64,000 bases of DNA, from positions 2,914,001 to 2,978,000 of the forward strand of contig OZ210885.1 in NCBI GenBank assembly GCA_964658305.1, written 5' to 3'. The notes beneath the pieces were generated by a model. That model made no database searches and was not told the DNA's origin. It saw only the letters and a list, made by a program, of their open reading frames with translations. The position numbers and the translations under genes were made by a program. Positions 13,082 through 26,498 of the stretch are shown here, in pieces (position 1 is the first letter of the stretch; every line of letters starts with the position of its first letter). Source of the DNA: Leptogorgia sarmentosa. Its lineage: Eukaryota.

Positions 13082-13690
13082 CTAAAAAAAACAAAATAAT
13101 TTACTTTTAGTGTCGTATTCTGATGCTCAAGGACGGGACGAACGTCCCGCCTTCATACAAACAGCATGCGAAAAATGTTATAGAAATATATACAAGCCGG
13201 GATCCCAGCCAACGCCCGAACCCGCATGTAAACTAGATTGAAGCATTTTAGATATTTTGTCCGTAAAAAAAACTTCAACCACTAACCGCATGCAATAGTT
13301 ATTCTTGCTGTATTGATGGCACAGCGATTCAGTATTGACGTGTGTAAATAGACTTTACAAAGAAGACACAAATGTTTTATGAAGTTATGTTAGAACTACA
13401 GTAAACTTTGAAGTGATGAAACAATTTGTGGTGATGTAGCGCCGCGCACAAACGTACAAATTAAGTTGTGTGGAAAATTCTTACAAAAGATGTACTTCAT
13501 AGAGGCAGTTTTGAACAAGTTCGACAATTTGCACACGACTTACATTGCAAATTAAAGTACATTATGACAAGAATGATTCTAAATTATTTATATTTTTGGA
13601 AAAAAAGCTCAGTAGTATTCAATCCAAATATGTTCAGGCAATAGCTACTCCTTAATGCAGATGCAAGAAAATAACATACGTTTGATACTT

Positions 13691-16600
13691 TTAATTCACT
13701 GTTATATACTTGCCTTTCAGGTGACTTATTTCCTGGGCACATAAATGTTTTCCAGCAATTCGATGCAGGTGTTCTCGCCCTTCTGGCAATATTCTTATCA
13801 CCTGGATTTTCGATAAACTGCTTACAGGAAAGCGGTCTAAGTTTACAGACTCCTGAATTTGGTTGTCAATTAAGACAATATCTTTTCCTTTAGGATGTTT
13901 GGAAACCTTCATTTCCACACATTGCTTGATAATATTATCGGACGAGAATAGAACGAGAAGACCACTTTCATTTTTCAACTTCTTTTGTCCTTCTTGTAGA
14001 GCTTTTTCAAAGTTTTCCCCGTCCATCTTTAGATCATATACTTCAATGATTTTATTATTTTTTAGCATTCGTAGAAAATCGTTGCTGCATCCTAATTTAC
14101 GGACCTCAGACCTAAGGGCAAGAAATAATTCAGAATATTTCCAGTGCCATTTCCCTTCTTCACGCCAGCGTCTCTCTACTCTACTCATTGCTTCCAGCAG
14201 ATAGAGGTAACTCATAACCCTTCTCGGACAAAGGTCACTTTCCACGGCTAAAAAATTGTCTTGACCACATGATGTGGGACATCTTACAGATTGCTTTGCT
14301 TCATGGGACTTCTGGAAAGTGTAAAAGAAAATATTACGAACCATAATGAAATAGACTTTTCAATCAATCAAATTTAACTATTGATCTTAGGAAAAAAATA
14401 AAAAATATATACAAGGCCAATCAATTTTAATAAAAATACGATATGGCAAATAAGCAAAACGGACCATTTTCTAGAACTAATTTTTATTTTTTTATTAACC
14501 AAGAAATCGCACCAGAATTGTTGGACAAGAGTTTCGGCTGACGAACGTACAATTCACGCATATAGGACAAAAAGCGATTTTTCAAACCCAAAATCAGTGG
14601 TTGGTTCCTAAATAATCGAAATTACTACCTGAATATCATATATTTTGAATTTCCCACTTTATTTTAAGTGCACATTTGATTTTCAACTTACCTTTTGTTC
14701 TTTTGTACTTTGTCCGGTGGAATTTTCGATGTGTTCCACTGGTTGCCTCTGGATTCTTTCCTTTTCGTTTCTGTGAAAAGAGTTCATCGACATATTTATT
14801 ACTTAGCATTTTGATAAAGAAACGTATCTTCAAAAACGTGTTAATTTGATAATATAGTTCCAAGCAACACAGCCTATCAACTGATTTCATTGTTATCTCA
14901 TACCGAGTAACTATTAAAATCGGCTAGTTTGTCAGAGCCGCCGCGCTCTTTCCTTTTAAACTGATGGGAAATTATCATATCACACTAGTTTGAACTCATG
15001 CAGTCATGACGACATCATGACTTATTCTAGCACTAGAAGCAGCTGAAAGGAAAGTAATGAGAAGTAAAACGAAAAGAGCCAGGGGCGGCGGAACATATTC
15101 TATTTTGGGGGGGCTAAATTTAAAAAAGTTTATCGTAGTTTTTGTCTAGGTGGAAACACAAACGGCATAGCGTGTAGTCACTGTAGTGATGTCTCCTACT
15201 TTGAAAAATTGTTCAAAATCTACAAAAATACGGATATCAGGATATGCAATTGTGCATAGTGCATACTGTAGAGTGTAGATTATTTGATCATCTCATGACT
15301 CAGTGTCTCGCATTCTGACATTCTTTATGTATTTTTGGGGGGGCTAAGCCCCCCCCACTTTTACTTCTGGCACAGTATACCTATACAGTAGTCCAACTCA
15401 TTGTTTATTTGTAAGCTGTATTCGTCATGATCGTCACTCAGCAAGTGCCCTAAACAGAGGCAGTCACCCCCCTGGCAATACTCAAAATGAATAATACTCA
15501 GGGGGGGTGAATGCCTCTGTTTAGGGCACTTGCTGAGTGACGAATACAGCTTACAAAAAAACAATGAGTTGGACTACTGTATAGTTATACTGTGCTTCTG
15601 GGGGGGGGGCTTTTAGCCCCCTAACCCCCCCTGTTCCGCCGCCACTGAAAAGAGCATATGTTTTTCATGAACGGTTCTTGTCTCTCCCTGCTTCTTATGT
15701 TTGTAAGTCGACGTTACTGGCGAATTGGTGCAATTGTAAACTTTAAACTAGTACGCTGTTATCGTTCGTGGTTCAAAGAAGAAAAATGCCTTGAGGAGCT
15801 CATGAAATTCAAATTCATTTAGAACATAATATTTGTGGAAAAATTGTCACAATCGAATATGCCGCGTTGCAGGACAACAAAGATCATGCAAATACTGTTT
15901 TGCTGCTTTTTATTTATCACGAAACTGTTTTATGTGCAGCATAAAAGTCGTTCCTGAGTTCGGACAATTCTACCTCAGAAATAGCAATTAGCTATAGCAC
16001 ATTCTTAGAATAATGAATGCTGAGACAGTTTTAAGGTCTTCTACACTGGACCCATTGACAGACAGATCTAAATGTCGGCAAAGGAAGGCATATTAATAAC
16101 ATGCACACTGTAATCCCGAAAAAATACAAATTTCTACCCATCCGGATATGAGGATATCATCAACTACGTGCATGCAGCAACGCTTCGCTAACATCAGAGA
16201 AAAGAATTCCGTTGGTCCATTTAGGCATCCAAGTGCAATCACATAACCATGTGATTATGTTATGTGATGTAATGTGGACATCACATAAGCACGTCAATAT
16301 TCCGTCAAGTGCTTTCAATGCGTTCTGTTTGTTCTTAATTACTTTCTGACATGGAACTAGGAATTATTTAATTTTTATACCTTCCACGGTCGATTACGTT
16401 ATTCTCGCAGTGTATGTTTTTGCCTTCGTGTTGTATGCTCTGTAGTTGTAAGATTAGGTTTTCCTTCCAGAGTGTTGTAATTTCATCTATCAACAATTCA
16501 TACTCCTGCCCTAAAGGTTTGTCATCAGCATCATCAGGAAGTCTGGACTTTAAATCATGGTTTTCTTCAATGAACTGTCTCTTCAGTGTTTCAATATAAT

Positions 16601-17852
16601 ACGCTTGCAGGTTTTCAACCTTTAGAAGAAAAAGATGTTTGTAAATCAGAAAGTTTCGATCCGCCACACAACCTGTTATCAGCAAGTCCCAATAATGAGG
16701 GTGATATGTATATGTACTTTAATTACAGTACTGTAATATTAAAAACGTTTGTGGGGGAATACTCAAGAAGTTTGTAAAACCACTTGGCTATGCACACAAC
16801 CTTAACCTAAATTAACTAATAATAATTTTACAACAATTGAGATTTTACAGTTATCACACCACCATTTGAAAATGATTCATGGTATACATCCTGTGGCTTA
16901 ACTAAGTAGTTTATTTACTTCTTCCATATATAAACACCATTATCGGTACCGGTTATTTAACAACAGAAGAAGTAAACCCAAGGTATTTGTGATAGCCAAA
17001 TGGAAATTGAATGTGCATACAATAGTGAGTTTATTTCTGTTCTTTGTGATAATTTTTGCTAATTTGCAGTAACTTGCTAATTAGAATGCTTAATGCAGTC
17101 AAATTAGTTTAGGGTATGGATGTAATATAGCCATGGATGTAATCTTGAGTGTTGTATTTCACTATGTCTCACCTTAACATTGTCTCATGGTTTAGATTAA
17201 CAGCCAATTAAAAGCTGCAATAATAGCAGAGAAACTCTGCCTCACCAAAATTAAAAATGTTGAATAATGTTGCTACAGTTCATGATCACTATTCTTTCAT
17301 AGCTCCACATTCAACATGGCTGGGAGTAACATTTACACAGTACAAGATTTACACAACTTGTACTTGAACCACCAAAGATCAATAATACGGATGACTCTAC
17401 TGAGATTCTATGCAACTCAGTGTGTATATACAAGGCCATAAAGTCGTCCATGCAACTTTGTCTTGCTTAATGGCTTGAACAGGTCTTATAGGCATGCATG
17501 ATAACAATGAAAATGTTGTGTTTGTTATTTTGCCCTGGTGGGCTTGTCCAGACTGTCTAATTTTCACAAAATGTGCAAATATTGCTGCTAAATACTACAG
17601 TCTACAGTAGGTTAACTGCAAAAGGTTGAATCTGGTTTACCAGAAAGGTGTACGACTGTACGTATTGTACTGCAATACAGCTATAAGCCTATAATTTATA
17701 TTGTAACCCTAACCAAAAAGTGGTTGAAACTTTCTTCTGAATAGGCTAGGAAAATATTCGCCCACTTTCGTTTGCACGAACGATAGTCTCGGTGTATAAT
17801 CATATTATTAACTCACTCTTGCCTCGTCTTCTGACGTATCCTTTGAAGCCAT
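13691..17852 (-). CDS. Uncharacterised coiled-coil + putative papain-fold domain protein, paralogue A (~324 aa)
   Basis: Phase-compatible exons 17852-17817 (MASKDTSEDEAR), 16619-16381, 14770-14692 and 14311-13691, all with GT-AG sites and an open frame. Confidence 0.75.
15080..15647. mobile_element. hAT-type MITE in intron 2 of paralogue A
   Basis: TIR CAGGGGCGGCGGAAC / GTTCCGCCGCCACTG. 8-bp TSD AAAAGAGC (15072-15079, 15648-15655). The empty site is seen in paralogue C near 27765. Confidence 0.9.
15371..15594. mobile_element. Foldback MITE nested in the 15080-15647 MITE
   Basis: About 100-bp inverted arms (CACAGTATA.../...TATACTGTG) and a 7-bp direct repeat CTTCTGG at 15364-15370 and 15595-15601. 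Confidence 0.8.
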
Positions 17853-18342
17853 AGTCGATTCACCTTTACGAGGAGTGTTATCTAAATAAACAGTCATTGA
17901 GAATATATTGAAACAAGTTCTCTGTCATTAATAAAGTAAACGTTTTCTGAATAAGATTTTTATTCAAACAAGAATATTAGACAGAGAACGTTTAAAAGCT
18001 CTAAATCTGGGCTATCTCTATATTTTCAAAATATCAAATTACATACAAATGTAAGCCGATCAAGGCGCCTGTAATGAATCATACCACAATTGAAATGTAC
18101 AAAAATTAAGACAAATAATAGACCGAATTTTCCCAATATAAATCAAACACCACTAATATGAGATGTTTATAGCCTTGTGACAAGATAATGAATGGGCCAT
18201 TAAATATTATGGTGCTTCTAAATTATTTATATTTTTGGAAAAAAAGCTCAGTAGTATTCAATCCAAATATGTTCAGGCAATACTCCTTAATGCAGATGCA
18301 AGAAAATAACAGACATTTGATCACTGTTAAGGGTGATCACTT

Positions 18343-21300
18343 TTAATTCACTGTTATATACTTGCCTTCCTGATGATTTATTTCCTGGGCACAAAAATGT
18401 TCTCCAGCAACTTCATGGAGGTATTCTCGCTCTTTTGGCAATATTCTTACCACCTGGATATTCGATAAACTACTTACAGGAAAGCGGTCTAAATTTACAG
18501 ACTCCTGAATTTGGTTGTCAATTAAGACAATATCTTGATGTTTGGAAACCTTAATTTCTACACAGTGCTTTGTACTAGTATCGCCATTGTTTTCGGTATA
18601 GAGGAGAATACCACTTTCGTTTTCCAACTTTTTTCGTCCTTGTTGTAGAGCTGTTTCAAAGTTTCCCCCGTCCTTCTTTTGATTATATAAAAGTTCAATG
18701 AACTTTTGATTTCCAAGGATTGGTAGAAAATCGCTGCATCCTAATTTACGGGCCTCAGCGATAAGGTCACGAAATATTTCATCATATTCAGGGTCCCATT
18801 TCCCTTCTTCACACCAGCATCCCTTTACACTACGCATTGCCTCCGGCAGATAGAGGTAATCCATAGCCCTTCTCGGACAAATATCATATACCACGGCAAA
18901 AAAGTGGTCTTGAACATATGATGCGGAACATCTTATTCTTGCAGATTGCTTTGCTTCATGGGACTTCTGGAAAGTGTAAAAGAAAATAGTAACCATTTTA
19001 AACACTTTATTTTAAGTGCACATTTGATTTTCAACTTACCTTTTGTTCTTTTGTAGTTTGTCCGGTGGAATTTTCGATGTGTTCCACTGGTTGCCTCTGG
19101 ATTCTTTCCTTTTCGTTTCTGTCAAAAGAGTTCATCGACATATTTATTACTTAGCATTTTGATAAAGAAATGTATCTTCAAAAACGTGTTAATTTGATAA
19201 TATAGTTCCAAGCAACACAACCTTCACATCCTATCAACTGATTTCATTGTTATCTCATACCGAGTAACTATATTGAAATCGGCTAGTTTGTCAGAGCCGC
19301 CGCGCTTTTTTCCTTTTAAACTGATGGAAAACTATCATATCACACTAGTTTGAACTCATGCAGTCATGACGACATGCATCATGACTTATTCCAGCACTAG
19401 AAGCAGCGGAAAGGAAAGTAATGAGAATTAAATGCTTTTCGTGGACGGTTCTTGTCTCTCCCTGCTTCTTATGTTTGTAAGTCGACGTTACTGGCGAATT
19501 GGTGCAATTGTAAACTTTAAACTAGTACGCTGTTATCGTTCGTGGTTCAAAGAAGAAAAATGCCTTGAGGAGCTCATGAAATTCAAATTCATTTAGAACA
19601 TAATATTTGTGGAAAAATTGTCACCATCGAATATGCCGCGTTGCAGGACAACAAAGATCATGCAAATACTGTTTTGCTGCTTTTTATTTATCACGAAACT
19701 GTTTTATGTGCAGCATAAAAGTCGTTCCTGAGTTCGGACAATTCTACCTCAGAAATAGCAATTAGCTATAGCACATTCTTAGAATAATGAATGCTGAGAC
19801 AGTTTTAAGGTCTTCTACACTGGACCCATTGACAGACAGATCTAAATGTCGGCAAAGGAAGGCATATTAATAACATGCACACTGTAATCCCGAAAAAATA
19901 CAAATTTCTACCCATCCGGATATGAGGATATCATCAACTACGTGCATGCAGCAACGCTTCGCTAACATCAGAGAAAAGAATTCCGTTGGTCCATTTAGGC
20001 ATCCAAGTGCAATCACATAACCATGTGATTATGTTATGTGATGTAATGTGGACATCACATAAGCACGTCAATATTCCGTCAAGTGCTTTCAATGCGTTCT
20101 GTTTGTTCTTAATTACTTTCTGACATGGAACTAGGAATTATTTAATTTTTATACCTTCCACGGTCGATTACGTTATTCTCGCAGTGTATGTTTTTGCCTT
20201 CGTGTTGTATGCTCTGTAGTTGTAAGATTAGGTTTTCCTTCCAGAGTGTTGTAATTTTATTTATCAACAATTCATACTCCTGCCCTAAAGGTTTGTCTTC
20301 AGCATCATCAGGAAGTCTGGACTTTAAATCATGGTTTTCTTCAATGAACTGTCTCTTCAGTGTTTCAATATACAACGCTTGCAGTTTTTCAACCTTTAGA
20401 AGAAAAAGATGTTTGTAAATCAGAAAGTTTCGATCCGCCACACAACCTGTTATCAGCAAGTCCCAATAATGAGGGTGATATGTATATGTACTTTAATTAC
20501 AGTACTGTAATATTAAAAACGTTTGTGGGGGAATACTCAAGAAGTTTGTAAAACCACTTGGCTATGCACACAACCTTAACCTAAATTAACTAATAATAAT
20601 TTTACAACAATTGAGATTTTACAGTTATCACACCACCATTTGAAAATGATTCATGGTATACATCCTGTGGCTTAACTAAGTAGTTTATTTACTTCTTCCA
20701 TATATAAACACCATTATCGGTACCGGTTATTTAACAACAGAAGAAGTAAACCCAAGGTATTTGTGATAGCCAAATGGAAATTGAATGTGCATACAATAGT
20801 GAGTTTATTTCTGTTCTTTGTGATAATTTTTGCTAATTTGCAGTAACTTGCTAATTAGAATGTTTAATGCAGTCAAATTTGTTTAGCGTATGGATGTAAT
20901 CTTGAGTGTTGTATTTCACTATGTCTCACCTTAACATTGTCTCATGGTTTAGATTAACAGCCAATTAAAAGCTGCAATAATAGCAGAGAAACTCTGCCTC
21001 ACCAAAATTAAAAATGTTGAATAATGTTGCTACAGTTCATGATCACTATTCTTTCATAGCTCCACATTCAACATGGCTGGGAGTAACATTTACACAGTAC
21101 AAGATTTACACAACTTGTACTTGAACCACCAAAGATCAATAATACGGATGACTCTACTGAGATTCTATGCAACTCAGTGTGTATATACAAGGCCATAAAG
21201 TCGTCCATGCAACTTTGTCTTGCTTAATGGCTTGAACAGGTCTTATAGGCATGCATGATAACAATGAAAATGTTGTGCTTGTTATTTTGCCCTGGTGGGC

Positions 21301-21588
21301 TTGTCCAGTCTATCTAATTTTCACAAAATGTGCAAATATTGCTGCTTAATACTACAGTCTACAGTAGGTTAACTGCAAAATGTGGAATCTGGTTTACCAG
21401 AAAGGTCTATTGTACTGCAATACAATATAATTTATTTTGTAACCCTAACCAAAAAGTGATTGAAATTTTCTTCTGAATAGGCTAGGAAAATATTCGTCCA
21501 CTTTCATTTCCACGAACGATAGCCTCGGTGTATAATCATATTATTAACTCACCCTTGCCTCGTCTTCTGACGTATCCTTTGAAGCCAT
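18343..21588 (-). CDS. Uncharacterised coiled-coil + putative papain-fold domain protein, paralogue B (~325 aa)
   Basis: Exons 21588-21553, 20393-20155, 19118-19040 and 18966-18343, with the same phases as paralogue A and an open frame. Confidence 0.75.
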
Positions 21589-24559
21589 AGTCGATTTACC
21601 GTTACGAGAGTTATCTAAATAAACAGTCATTGAGAATATATTGAAACAAGTTCTCTGTCATTAATAAAGTAAACGTTCTCTGAATAAGATTTTTATTCAA
21701 ACAAGAATATTAGACAGAGAACGTTTAAAAGCTATTAATTATGTCTAAATCTGGGCTGTTACTTTCTGTATATTTTCAGAATATCAAATTACATACAAAT
21801 GTAAGCCGATCCGGCCGCCCGTAATGAATAATACCACAATTGAAATGTACAAAATTGAAGACAAATATAATACTTACGTTGAGTGATAGTTTTCTTTAAT
21901 GATTCTTGCGGGAAAAGACCGAATTTTCACAATATAAAGCAAACACCGCTATAACTAAGATGTTTAGAAATATAAAGTCCCATGGGTATCACATGATGAC
22001 ATGAGCCTTGGAAATTGGAATTCAGTAGAATTCAGTGGCACCAGATGTTGGTCAGCGGAATTTCCTAAAGCTTTGCTCAAATTTTACTAAATAGGACAAA
22101 ATTTTACTAGATTTGCATTTTATGCAAAAAAAAAAGGGGGAGGGGGGGGGGGTAATTTGGTATCGAAAACGTTCCTACTGATAATTATAGGTGAGATAGA
22201 TAAAGCAAATTTTATTTTCAATAAGACTATACACTAAATATAGCAAAGCATCATGAAATATGGCGTTTATTCCTTGCAACTATCCTGGGAAGACAAATTA
22301 CAAATTTACTTTATATTGTTCAAATAGTTCGAACTTCGAAAATGTTAAATCCGTGACCCTGATATATTGCTGTATAAAGCGAATATTTCGCATTTTCCAA
22401 AGTTTTCTGGTCTTAACTGAAATTTTACTAAAAAAATTACCAAATCCTCGAATTTTAGGAAATTTTACCAAAAAATCTGTTTTACCAGATTTCTATCAAA
22501 ATTGCCTAAATTTTACCAAAAGTAAAAAAATAAACTGAATATGGTCACACTGAGTGGCAGTGCCGTCACTGCGTCAGCGTCACATGCATTCTGCGTCATT
22601 CGGGCCACTGAGCTGTAAAATAACTGGAGGATCTTTTGTATAAAGTCAGTCTTGACTGCCTGCCCCACGAAAAATACTCCAACTTTGCCATATAGATATA
22701 AATGGCCATAGAATTAACTGGAAAAAAATGAAATTTAAGTTTTGAAAGTCCAGTGGTGTATCTCTTTTCCAACGGACAAAAAATGCTTGCGCACGAAATT
22801 TAAACTCTTAAAACTAATTTTGAGTAAGTCCGTAGGGCCTCGTAAGTCCGAGGCCAACCTCGCAAGCCAGGGTAATTTCGCTGAGTCAGCGTAGGCTAAG
22901 CCGCCCGCTGCGAAAATACCCGGCGTCGGTTGGTCACGTGATTCCCAGAATCTGGGATTTTTATATAAATTCTTTTAGAGTGAGTGAGAAAGTATGTTTG
23001 TCACATTTTTACGAGACGCCACCATGGTTGGCGTGGAGCGAGAAAATTTTGAGAATTTAGAGCCTCTAGATCGCCGGAAACGGCCATTTCAGAGTGTTAA
23101 CCAAAGCCTTAACACTCAGAATAGAGTATAGAGGTCTTAGATGTAGTACAACCACAGCTTGCGAACTAATCGCACAGTTTACAAACCAAATACAACGGCT
23201 GGTCCAGCTCTTAATGGGGGGGCCGAAAGATAAACAGAAAAATAAACGTGAGACGTATTCAATACTTGATATAAGCTTTCATGACTATCTCGCATTCCGG
23301 AATTCGCGCGATCATCTCCAGGGTTGCCAGATTGGCCTTTTTTTCGTGTTTGGCCTTGAGAAATAAATTTGGCCTCTTTTCATTCCCAAGACCTATTTTA
23401 AATTTTCGCTGGAAAATGAGTTAGTTTTACAGGAAATGGTGGAGAAACGAAACAAAATTTTGACATGACAACCATGAGGGCCGTAGTTGTTTGCTTTTTC
23501 TGGCCAATGACAGTTAACAAAATCCCGCTAATTGTTTGAGATATTCGAAAATAAGCGTGACAGCGTAACACGAGGGTGGCTCTGTCTTCGAAGACGTCCG
23601 TCCCCGGACACGAACAGATAATCAAGTATAAAATTTGCACTTTCTAGTGGGTGGTGGGTAGTGTTATTTAGTCATTTTGGATCGAGAGACAGCGCTTTGC
23701 GATTGTTTGTGAAAAATGTGGCTTTCTAAAAACCAAATTACCCTTTTCAAAACCATATAATAATGACATATTTATATACAGTATCGGTATATTCTGTCCA
23801 TATAATTATGCAGTATTTGCCTAACTATATATACAAAAGCTACAAAATGTATTTTCCTGGGATTGAATGTTTTAATCATTCTCTATGACGAAGCGGCAAA
23901 ATATAGTAGATATTCCGTGATCACGATGACACAGCGGGCAGTCCAAACATGTACAGTGTGTCAGTGCCGACACGCTAAAGTATCGTAGGGAAAATATACG
24001 CGCAATATAAACCTCTTTCATAACCTTAAATATTCGCTGTGTTCAAGGTAATACAATGCATAATTTGCGTTATGATATTTTTGCTTCGATAATTTAAATT
24101 CCATAGCAAACCTCTTTAATCTCTTTGCGTATAAATTTTCTTAGTAAATAGTGTTGTAAAAAGCGTAAATGCTTATAAATTAACCTCAGTCTATTTCTGT
24201 CAAAACACTTGTCGCTGCGGCCATTTTATTTTCTTCTTGTCTGGTTATTCATGCGAAATAAAATCCACGATCAAACGCATCACCACTCTTTAGCTCACCC
24301 CTATACCAGCTGCCATATAATATTTAGCCCGCGTTAGGGTTAGAGTTAGGAAAAGAAACAATTTGGTATGATAACGTTTTAGAACAATCCACACATATAT
24401 AGCAAATGTTGTTTTTTTTCTAGTTTTTTACACACCCGTTTAAGCTTCCTTCTCTTCTATCTTTTAACATGCGCCACCCCGATTCCCTGCTGATCACCCT
24501 TATCAAAAATACACATGTGTCACACATGTGGTTCACATGTGAATTTGGAACAATCACGT

Positions 24560-25230
24560 TATTTGAGAAGCAACACTAAGTTAACAATGAAGTTAGAGAA
24601 ATCCTTGCCTCCAGTCCTCCCTGCTTGAAGCCGTGCTTCATGGGAAGTGCAAGGTAGATAGAAACAAGCCTTGGATACGTTTTTTCTCAGTAAATTTCTT
24701 TTCTACCATCTTTGTCAGGGTTTGTACTACGATTCCGATTGGATGGATGTCATCAAAACAGATAAACTTCAACCGAGTACTCCACCGATTCCCCTGACAG
24801 AGATAACTGTAGGTATGGACATTTTCAGTGAGCGCGATGAATTGATCTTAATACAGGCAATATATAACCTAGATTATTTTTATTTTGGAGGAAAGTGAAA
24901 TTCATTGACGTACATTTATTGAACAACCAAACTAAGATTCGAATTTATTATTTTTAATGTTTAATATGTGGCATAACTAAAAATCATTCAATTTCCAATA
25001 TGCCCAGTGATGATATGCACATAATGGAAGTCGTGGAATGCACATGACAATCAAATTAGTGTGGTCACTAGTCATGAAAGTAAATTGGGCGTGGCCTTCG
25101 ATGGTAAAACAAATGTCTTTGCCTCTGTCTTAACCTCTCCATGAAGGGTATACAAGGCTAATAATCACGATAACAGAAGACATACATTTGAAGGCTATAT
25201 ATACTCGCGATTTACACTTATACAAAGTGA
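24560..25230 (+). pseudogene. Orphan duplicate of the receptor gene's exon 5 and 3' end, lacking the TM-coding segment
   Basis: 24560-24885 matches ~5375-5685 (GLYYDSDWMDVIKTDKLQPSTPP exon from 24719). 25061-25230 is a diverged match to ~6184-6340. Confidence 0.75.
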
Positions 25231-25550
25231 CTTAAGCTGCATAGATTTCTATTGTCGCATGCACGCATGGAAAAGTTCAAATCCATTTACAAGTTTGCTT
25301 ATGAACTACTTAAGGTGGTTATTTCCCTTTAAAGGGATAATGCCATGAAAAATCATATATCTTAATCAAATATCATATCAAAATAATCCAACAAGGTGTT
25401 TTATTTTTCTCGATAACATTTTTCGTCGATATTCACTTTTTAAGCATGCAAATATGTAGTTTTTGATTGTCGTCTACACACGCATACAGATTACTGATTA
25501 AATTCTAGAGAACGAGAAATGTTTTTGAAACAATAAGCTGAAAACATTTA

Positions 25551-25668
25551 GGCCCGTTTCATACGCCGAATTTTAGTCCCATCGAATGCAATTGAAACAA
25601 TGGATAACGAGATGACTACCTTCATTATCCATTGTTTGAACTGCAAAATTCGACATATGAAACGGGCC
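25551..25668. mobile_element. PIF/Harbinger-type MITE
   Basis: TIR GGCCCGTTTCATA / TATGAAACGGGCC with a TTA target duplication. Confidence 0.8.
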
Positions 25669-26498
25669 TTACATTTACACGAATATTATAATTCAGTAGG
25701 ACGTATTCGCACCAGAAGTGCATGAATTCTGCTGCTTTTCTCACGGATATTCTCTGTTTAGGTAAGTCTCATTTTTGGTGCCTGATTTACATGCATGTTT
25801 TAAAGACATGCATGAGTGTTGGTTAGACTATTCTGCCTTAACTTAAGTCATGACAAACGATCGATTTTTCTTCACGTTTAATCTCTCTTTTAAAAGCAAA
25901 ACGAATCTATCTTTTAATACGACGCCCGAAAAAATAGTCCCCGCCCCTTATACCAATGTCAAATATTCACTTCCGGTTATCCGTGATTGTAGTAAATGAA
26001 TGACGTATCATTGACATTTGAGATTACTACCATATTAGGATGCATGCAAGGATGATAGACACTAAGGCACTAGTTACAGTGATAGATGTATTCTGGAGTA
26101 AAGCTTGTCTTTGTGGTTAAATAATAAATATAAATAACGTAAAGGATATAATTATATTACAGTGATTTAAAATATTATATAAAAAATATCAATTTTTACA
26201 TCCTTTACAACGAGTATTATTATAAGAACCAGGCAATGGATGAGCTATTATAAAGCTATATATACATTTTACTTGTTTTTAAATCTACCACTCGCATATC
26301 ACGGGCTGGAAACCGTGGTATTTGAAAAATTAATTACACACCTGTGTAATTTGAATTTGAGGTATATAATAATATTTTTGGAGAAAACGCGGGAGTATTC
26401 AGTCCAAATGTGTTTATAGGGACGTTGGGAAACACTCCTTAATGCAAAATAAATGCAAAATAATAAACATTTGATACGTTTAATTCACTATTATATAG

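Larger units (their letters stand above)
13576..21965. repeat. Tandem duplication carrying paralogues A (~13576-18170) and B (~18216-21965)
   Basis: Long near-identical stretches, e.g. 15670-17100 versus 19444-20880 (offset 3774). Confidence 0.9.

Noticed and set aside
13700..13720. GC-AG donor (AG/GCAAGT) extending paralogue A to the exon at 13081
   Set aside because: The phase-1 join hits a stop after 9 codons and the site is degraded in paralogue C. It cannot be supported without transcripts.
24321..24350. TTAGGG telomere-like repeats
   Set aside because: Only about three degenerate units, which is not an interstitial telomere array.
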